A stretch of DNA of 64,000 bases, taken from the NCBI RefSeq assembly GCF_001949145.1, contig NW_019091356.1:3268934-3332933 (forward strand). The letters are read 5' to 3'. Under the pieces are notes generated by a model. That model made no database searches. It saw nothing but the letters and a program-made list of their open reading frames with translations, and was not told the origin of the DNA. The DNA is from Acanthaster planci. Lineage: Eukaryota. Shown here in pieces: positions 1-9,700 of the stretch. Position numbers and translations under genes: made by a program. Numbering within the stretch: position 1 is the stretch's first letter; every line of letters begins with the position of its first letter.

Positions 1-794
1 AGTGATCCAGCTTTAATACCTCTCTACAAAATTCTCTCATTAAACATTAGTACTGAAATCTACTTGCGGTCGCAGTGATCCATAAAGCTCCATAACATGT
101 ACTGGGTTCCAGTCACTGCAGTCTAAGAAAAATTTAACTTTAATAAAATTGCTAAGTGGAATAAATGGGTAGTAAATGTCCCTCTCCATCTGGGAAATGA
201 GTAATTAAAGCACCTGGTGCAAACCACACACCCAAGTGTGTATTTGCCTGCAACTGGGGACCCCCTATTGTTCCTCTTTTGTTTGTACTGTTCTACTTTT
301 TTAGACGACTTCCCACGGTTTTGTACACAGTTGTCAATCGGGGACCCTCTGTCAATCGGGGACCTTATTGTCCTCTATTATTCAGGGTCCCCTATTGAAA
401 GCAGAATCAAACTCAAGATTACCAACCCACGAGCTGAATACACAAATTTACATGCTCGACCTTGTTCTGTTGGAATGCAATAAAATGTTGGACACCCTTG
501 GTAAGATATGTATAGGTTAACAGTGTACATTACATGTAATTACACAAGGCAGCAATGTGCATGTGATACTCAGTATGCCCTTGATGGCCTCTCAGATGGC
601 CTGTGGAGAAATCCCCATTATTTGGAGAAATATGAATTATGATACAATCCAATGGCTCTGCAAATTTGTGGCTCAGCAAAGTTAAAAAGTTTAACTTGAC
701 ATGATCATAAGAAAGATACGAACGTTAAAACCCTGATACTTGTTATTTCAGGTTTTTTTCTGGATCAGTGAAGAAATACCCGAGGCTGAGTTAC

Positions 795-3700
795 CTAGTC
801 CAGTGACATGTTGTAATTTCTTGCCAACAGCTTAATCTGTGGAGATGAAAAGAATTGAATCTGTAGACTCAGTTGTAAAAGAAAAAAAGTTTCAAGAAAA
901 CTTTGGATAGGCCACTGTAAATCTGGAAATGGGGGAATACTTTTACATAACAACCACTTGTCCACCTGTGATTGGCAGCTCGTACCTTTTCTTTAGCTCT
1001 CTCCAACCCTCTGAGCATGTCTCGCACCATGGCCAGCCGGTCCCCCTGCTCTCGCTTGTCTTCCTCCAGCTCTTCACACTGCTGCTCATACTCCCTCCGG
1101 TGGCTGTCCAGGGCGGCAATCCGCTCTTCCGTCTTCTGCACCTCCCCCCGCAGCCGGTCCTGCTCACTTGCGATGTTGGAGATTTGCTTCTGTGATTCAC
1201 CAGGGGGAGAACAAAAAAATTGGTGGAAACATTTCATAAGCAGTTTGAAGCTCTTTAACGGTACAGTGGTTTTAAGTGAAGATATTTGTGACCCAACATC
1301 CCCAAAGCAGGCTGAAGTAGGTAACTTCATAACTCTAAAATAGCGGAACTTCCACTGTTCAGATTTTCATGGGAGTTTTACAGCTTTCACTACCCGTAAG
1401 AAGCTTTCTGAGGACAGAATTTTGATTTAACATGGAACATTTTAAAGTGTAAAAAAAAAGCTGAAGGAGAGGAATTGTCCAACATCACAACTACCGACTT
1501 CAGCCTGGTTTTGATATGGTGGGTCATATTTTATTGTTGGTTTAACTCAATTAATACTTGTTATTCAAACTACTCAACTGCTCATCCCATGTGAGTACAA
1601 ATACTGTACCAACTCAAGAGCCTGAAGACCGGAAGAAATATCCCCCCAAAAAATACTCTGGGCATGGGATTGAAATGCTTGAATTTCTACCCAAAAGCCT
1701 TGGAATCACAACAATGAATGCAATTTTCTCCACAACGGGATAAAAATCTTACACTTCAAAGTTGAGCATCGAACGGACAAGCTGAAAAGCTGTTACAGCT
1801 CGGTCACAGTTCGCTCAGTGAAGACCATAGTAGCGAGTGTTTGCTTTAACAGATGGAGCTCTGCATGAAGATCCACACAGGCCACAAAGGTGCTCATGAA
1901 AAAAATTACCCTGACTCGCAAGATTTCTGATGGAGTTACACCTTCATGGGTCGGAAAAATCTCTTCATGTTTGGACTTTTTTTGTTTTTTCAACACCATC
2001 CTCAGGAAATGGACAACTACGTTCAGTCAACCGCAGGCAGGCAGAAAAACCACCTAGGGCAAAAACCCCAAGATGGCTGATTGTTGAAAGAAAACAAGGA
2101 CGCACAGTGCAGGCAAGACATTACAGAGGGCACCACTCAAAACTATGATGAGCCGCTTGCGGAAAGCCGTCGTCTTGTTGGGTCTAGCCGGCCGATCTCT
2201 GCTACAGGTAACTCCATCGTTGGCCTGGACGTGCTGAGCGTGATGACACAAAATTGTAAAAAGTTTCCAACATGTAGCAAGGATGACGAAGACATTCCCT
2301 TAATGGCAAACACAGGCTTACCGCTTGTGGGAGATAAAAATGAATTCCCAGGGGGCAAAACATACAATGCAGAGTTGTGTGGTGTTAGAAGGAAATCCAA
2401 TTTGATGTTGAAACATCCCAGGGTAGAAGCGCACAGGAAAGAAAAAGGTACACGTAATCCCCATTACTCCCATTAGCTAATGGTTTATAGAAAAAAGAAG
2501 GTCTTTGAATAAGGACAATAATGGATGGATTACAGTACATCCACTTAAGTTACCATTAAGACAAGACCACAGCTACATTTTAAAGCTCCATTAACAAATT
2601 CAAATAGACATAACTGCTAAGTGTGTACACTTCATCTGATGAAAGTGAAGTCCATTCAATATCTTGTCTCAGACGTAAAGCATGGATAATTAGAAACTAA
2701 CTGATCACTTATAGGCTTTTAAAATATCTCAACCATCTTTCCTTTTCTTCATATCAAACTTTTCAAAGGGAACCTGGGCATACTCCATGCCTACATTCAG
2801 AGGTAATTTTCTTTTACAATTACTTTATGAATTTGTGCACATTCTGTGGAAAATCTGTCACTTGCTGTCAAAACCTATGTGCAACTGGTAGGAGCACAGA
2901 CTGTGCCTATCAGACACTCTTGAACTCACCAAACATCACCTGAGGTTGAAAAAATTTTGATACATTCACAAAAGGCAACAGTTTGATGTCCTGTGCAGTG
3001 CTGCCAACTGTTGACAATCTTGAAAAAGAATGGCATTCCATTCCGAGTTTAGTTTTTCTAGTTCAGATAGAGCCGTTTGAAGAATGTAAAGTTTGATATC
3101 AAGACAGCATGCATTGCTTGGCGAATGTCCTTGTTTCTAAGGTAATAGATAGCAACATTCAGCCAACCACTTGTCAAAAGGGGCAGGTTTGTCATGGTAA
3201 ATACAAACAGCTGGGAAGTGTATACAAACTGGGGGACCGAAGGAAAAACATAGAATAAACTGATGTATACTGCTGGTATGAGAAGACAGAGCATGCTTGT
3301 TAAAGTTATGATGAGAAAGGTGTTCAGAGACTTTCTGTTGGATCTTGCTGGCCGATTCCTCCCTCCGACAACTTGGTGGTCAGCTTGGATGCGTCGGGCA
3401 TGACGATGTGAAATCCTGAACAGTCTAATGTACATAGCTATGATGACACAGGCTGTGCCTACCAGGATGCTGAAGGACACCCAGAGATCCTCAATTGATT
3501 GATGAAGAAAACACTGCAGGCTTAGATCATGATAAATAGAGATCCAGTTGGAACTAAAGCCAGTCCAAATTTGCCGCAACACAGATACACCCCAGGCACA
3601 GGAAACAGCAATCCAAGCCCTCTTGGCAGTAGCAAGCGATGAGTACCGAAGTGCATACACCACTGAAATGTAGCGATCTATAGTGAGAAGCAGCAAGGAG

Positions 3701-6700
3701 AACACAGCACTGTAGCTAAATATCGAGACCACGAATGCTTGAAGTGCACAGACAGCATTTCCAAATACCCAGTTCCCAGCCAGGGCAGAGACTGTCATCG
3801 GAATGGATAAAGTTACTCCTATTAAAAGATCAGCTGAGGTGAGCGATTGCAGAAAAACTTTAGTGGCTTCAGGGAGGCTGTCCACACGGCGCAGAGTGAC
3901 CAGACAAAGTGGGTTCAGTGTTAGCAGCAAAACTGTCAAGAGGAAAGTGGTGACAGAGATGACCGTTTGGACACCTTTGTCATGTGTGATGTCANNNNNN
4001 NNNNNNNNNNNNNNNNNNNNNNNNNNNNNNNNNNNNNNNNNNNNNNNNNNNNNNNNNNNNNNNNNNNNNNNNNNNNNNNNNNNNNNNNNNNNNNNNNNNN
4101 NNNNNNNNNNNNNNNNNNNNNNNNNNNNNNNNNNNNNNNNNNNNNNNNNNNNNNNNNNNNNNNNNNNNNNNNNNNNNNNNNNNNNNNNNNNNNNNNNNNN
4201 NNNNNNNNNNNNNNNNNNNNNNNNNNNNNNNNNNNNNNNNNNNNNNNNNNNNNNNNNNNNNNNNNNNNNNNNNNNNNNNNNNNNNNNNNNNNNNNNNNNN
4301 NNNNNNNNNNNNNNNNNNNNNNNNNNNNNNNNNNNNNNNNNNNNNNNNNNNNNNNNNNNNNNNNNNNNNNNNNNNNNNNNNNNNNNNNNNNNNNNNNNNN
4401 NNNNNNNNNNNNNNNNNNNNNNNNNNNNNNNNNNNNNNNNNNNNNNNNNNNNNNNNNNNNNNNNNNNNNNNNNNNNNNNNNNNNNNNNNNNNNNNNNNNN
4501 NNNNNNNNNNNNNNNNNNNNNNNNNNNNNNNNNNNNNNNNNNNNNNNNNNNNNNNNNNNNNNNNNNNNNNNNNNNNNNNNNNNNNNNNNNNNNNNNNNNN
4601 NNNNNNNNNNNNNNNNNNNNNNNNNNNNNNNNNNNNNNNNNNNNNNNNNNNNNNNNNNNNNNNNNNNNNNNNNNNNNNNNNNNNNNNNNNNNNNNNNNNN
4701 NNNNNNNNNNNNNNNNNNNNNNNNNNNNNNNNNNNNNNNNNNNNNNNNNNNNNNNNNNNNNNNNNNNNNNNNNNNNNNNNNNNNNNNNNNNNNNNNNNNN
4801 NNNNNNNNNNNNNNNNNNNNNNNNNNNNNNNNNNNNNNNNNNNNNNNNNNNNNNNNNNNNNNNNNNNNNNNNNNNNNNNNNNNNNNNNNNNNNNNNNNNN
4901 NNNNNNNNNNNNNNNNNNNNNNNNNNNNNNNNNNNNNNNNTGAGCAAACAGAGAAGGCTTTTGCTTGACTGTAGACAAGAGCTGCTATTAGATTTCTATA
5001 TTTGCAAATAAAATGGGAGTTGATTGATCTCTTATTTTCACAAGTCATTATCATTATTAGCTTTGAAATGTTCTTGTAAACATAAGCCTTTAATCTAACT
5101 TGTCACTTTTAGAATCAACATCCGTGACCAACAGTATTGTAACTACACTGTAGGTGCCTTACTTCACCACTTATTGTCAAGTAAGATTGGTTTTCATAGC
5201 AAATGGCCAAACAAGGGTTATCGTGACTATACGGTCACCAAAGTTACATGTATCATAACAAAATGACCAATTTCTTTGTCAGTTTTTGCAAATTTCATTT
5301 TTAGCATTCATCATTCCTGGTACTTTTGTTCAAATTCAATGACAGGCTGTTGCCACCCCTGGTCAGACAAATATCTAAGGCTTTCACGTGTGGTCAGTGT
5401 CCTGGATCGCAGAATGAACTATACAGAAGGTCTAGGAACCAAGACAAGGCCGTGGCTTGCAATCACACATCATGCGACTTGACTTGTTCTTGGATCTATT
5501 TATGTGTGACTTGACTTGACCTGTCATCAAATGACTTGTCACTTGACCAAATGACTTGTCACTTGGCTTTGACATGCAAAAATTGAGTTTTGACCTGACT
5601 TGGACTTGGAAAATTGACTTGCTTCCAACTCGGCTTTGCAGTGCTTTCTACTGATAACAACACTTGAAAAAGAGTTACATTCTAGTCTGAGGTAAATCCT
5701 CGGTTTAGACAGAGCCGTTTGAAGAATGTAAAGCTTGATATCAAGACAGCGTGCATTGCTTGGCGAATGTCCTTATTCCTAAGGTAATAGATAGCAACAT
5801 TCAGCCAACCACTTGTCAAAAGGGGCAGGTTTGACATGGTAAATATAAACAGTTGGGAAGTGTGTACAAACTTGGGGACCGAAGGAAAAACATAGAATAA
5901 ACTGATGTATGCTGCTGGTATGAGAAGACAGAGCATGCTTGTTAAAGTTATGATGAGAAAGGTGTTCAGAGACTTTCTGTTAGGTTTTGCTGGGCGATTC
6001 CTCCCTCCGACAACTTGGTGGTCGGCTTGGATGCGCCGGGCGTGACGATGTGAAATCCTGAACAGTCTCATGTACATAGCTATGATGACACAGGCTGTGC
6101 CTACCATGATACCGAAGGAGACCCAGAGAGCTGCAGTTGACGGATAGAAAAAACACTGCAGGCTGGGATCATGATAATGGGGGATCCAGCTTGATTCAGA
6201 GCATATCCAAATCTGCCGGAACACAGATACACCCCAGGCACAGGAAACAGCAATCCAAGCCCTCTTGGCAGTAGCGAGCGATGAGTACTGAAGTGCATAC
6301 ACCACTGAAATGTAGCGATCTATAGTGAGAAGCAGCAAGGAGAACACAGCACTGTGGCTAAATATCGAGACCACGAATGCTTGTAGTGCACAGAGAGCAT
6401 TTCCAAATACCCAGGTCCCAGCCAGGGCAGAGACTGTCATCGGAAAAGCTAGAGTTACTCCCATTAAAAGATCGGCTGAGGTGAGCGATTGCAGGAAAAC
6501 TTTGGTGGCTTCAGGGATGCTGTCAACATGGCGCAGAGTGACCAGACAAAGTGGGTTCAGTGTTAGCAGCAAAACTGTCAAGAGGAAAGTGGTGACAGAG
6601 ATGATCGTTTGGACACCTCCGTCATCTGTGATGTCGCCCCACACCATGAGGGAATCCGAGTCATTGTAGGCATTCGGGCCAGCATCACCTTGAGTTGAAT

Positions 6701-9700
6701 TCATGGTGAGATGAGGAAGTCGTCTTGACTGACTCTTGCTGCTAAAATCTGCTCGGCTCTGAGACTCCCAGTGATCACAAAGTGCAGTCAACACTACCCT
6801 GAAGCTCCTCTGTGCGAATCTCAGTATGCGAGTCACAGGGAACAAGAGAAGCCCAGTTGGGGCACAATCAAGCAATCTGATTGGCTATTGGCTGATTCCC
6901 CAGATGTTTACTGAATAATGCACAATAGGTCCTGTCCAATGGGCTACAGTGATGAGGGAGGGATTTTTTAATACCTAAGAACGGTGCACAAATCCCCCAT
7001 AATGTAATTAGAAGAAAGTATTTAACTAACACCATAAAACCATCTAATGGCTAATGTCAGAGAGTGAGAAAACAGAGAAGGCTTTTTGCTTGACTGTAGA
7101 CAAGAGCTGCTGTGATATTTGATTTCTATGTTTGTACATAACATGGGAGTCGATTGATCTCTCATTTTCACACGTCACTATCACCATTAGCTTTGAAATG
7201 TTCTTGTAAAACATAAGGCTTTCAATCTAACTAATCACTTTTAGAATCAACTCATAACATCTTTGATTGTATAGTCCCTAGGTCCCTAATTTTATATAGT
7301 TTACAGGCAAAGAATTGTTACGGTTAAGCTGTCCTTAAATCCTCTCTGGATAGTCCAACACACATTAAAAAGAGTGAATATTTGATGCTTAATAACACCA
7401 CAAACACATCCTTTAAAAGCCTAAAAAGTTAAGCGAGAATTCTTAACCACTTGCTGCCAGTTGCTTTTAAAAATGCAGCGCACACATATGGGCCATTTTC
7501 AAGATTTTCAGTTTTCAAAATTCTTCAAAAATTCATCATTTCATTTAATGGACATTTACACCCACACAAATGACTGTTTGGTGGCTACTCTAAGCTGACA
7601 GGCAACCTCCATTGACTCCTGAGTATTTCAGCCAGGCCTGCCACCCTGTAAAGAGAGCCCAGAATTATGAGGTGTTACTAATTTCCTTTGTCCCCAGTGA
7701 ACGCGAGTGGCGTCTTTTCAAACGTGGCTGGACTAGCCTGCAGCTGTGCTTCGTTGCTCATCAATGGGGCCCTAAAGCACTTTTGTCCGCGGCGCTAATC
7801 CGCGGGAGGCTATGCCCAAAACAGTGGTATTCTGTATAAAAATAGTGATGAATTACCTTCAAAAAATGCAAGCCGAAAAATGATGGCAATTCCCAGCAGC
7901 AGGTCTTTTGTTCCAAGTACTGTCTTACACGGAGCAGCTCTTTTGTCTGATTTCGAGCAGCCCGGCTCTGCGTATAAACCCATGGTGCTCGAAACGGGGT
8001 TCCCCAGCAGCAAGTGGTTAAGTGTAGTAAAGTAGTGATTCTGGCAAAAAAAGCCCTGAGCAAAGTAAGCACTCCTGAATAAAAAGTCACATGTGCATTA
8101 TCTCTGGCCTTTCTCATTTCAAAACCTGTTGGAGGAATGAACGCCATTAGGGTTACATGTTTAATCTGCTAAGAAGAAAAAGGCGTAAGGAATGGCTCGC
8201 AGAACACAATGCCTTCAGATCAAGAACAGGCCGTCTTGTTCCTCACCTTCAATTTTATCAGGTTTATTTTGATAATGGCCTGAAAAGTCTGGTGCCACAG
8301 GTGGAGTATGCTTTAGAGTCAACATTGAGTGCAGGTGCATTGCTTGACTGGAAGTCGAAAGGGGTACCCAACTACTGAATCATTGGATGGCCTGATTTCC
8401 AGAAAACTTGGGAAAATAATGTGGACGTTTTTAGGAATACCCTAGAGTATTTTGTTTTCTGAGGTGACAAAGGTGTGTTTCAGGCCAAAATTAGAGCTGN
8501 NNNNNNNNNNNNNNNNNNNNNNNNNNNNNNNNNNNNNNNNNNNNNNNNNNNNNNNNNNNNNNNNNNNNNNNNNNNNNNNNNNNNNNNNNNNNNNNNNNNN
8601 NNNNNNNNNNNNNNNNNNNNNNNNNNNNNNNNNNNNNNNNNNNNNNNNNNNNNNNNNNNNNNNNNNNNNNNNNNNNNNNNNNNNNNNNNNNNNNNNNNNN
8701 NNNNNNNNNNNNNNNNNNNNNNNNNNNNNNNNNNNNNNNNNNNNNNNNNNNNNNNNNNNNNNNNNNNNNNNNNNNNNNNNNNNNNNNNNNNNNNNNNNNN
8801 NNNNNNNNNNNNNCTGTGCTTCATTGAAGTGTTTACCAAGTGACCCAAAGAGTGACTTCCACATAGGAGGGTTAATAAAGATTAAACCAAATCTTCAGAG
8901 TTACTACCTGCTTACGAAGAAACAGCAAATGTTTACACATAATGAAACAAATTCGGTGCTGCCGGGGCCTCCATCATGAATCTGATATCGAGTGTGGATT
9001 TGAACGAGACAGAAATATGCCGTGGCCGCACCTTCTGTTTGGCTATCTCCCGGTTTTTCCTCTCCACTGCCGCCAGGATTTCTTCCTCCTCCCCTTCCAT
9101 GGCCTCGCAGCGAATCAGGAGGTTCTGATACTCCTTGAAATATTTCTCGGCCAGTTCCTCTGGTGTTGGCTTCCTCCTACCTGAGCCACCAGGCTCCGCC
9201 CCTCCATGGTCGCCGTAACGCCCGGGGGTTACACTGGTTTGGTTGTAGGCTGGGTGAGCCGCTCGCCCGTCTCGGGAAGCGTCCCTGTAATCTGAGTGGT
9301 ACAGTCCAGCAGCGGCAGGGGTTGCCCCGTTAACAGGGTGGCCGGAATATTCGGAGGGGTCGTACTTTGGGTGGGACGTCGGCGCTGAGGGGGTTGGGAC
9401 TGGCGCCGTGCGGCGATGGTTCGTTGCTGATGCTATAACCTGCTGCAGGGTAGTGTTCACTGCAGTGGAAGAAACTATGCAGGGCAAAAAATAAGAATGC
9501 AACGTCAGCAACACCATCATCAGTGATCAACAGAAATCAAACTAATGCACATGTAACCTCCAGACTGAGAACGTCCCCACTTTGGTTATTTTGTGGCTAC
9601 GTCTTTGATTTTGCTATTAAAAAATCCACGGAAAGTAGCATTAGCCACGGATAACAATTTAGACATAAGCATACAAAAGGACTTGAAATCAAAGAACCCT

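Noticed and set aside
3803..5054. Long ORFs of 328-629 aa, and similar ones at 8442-8979
   Set aside because: Artefacts of translating through N gaps.
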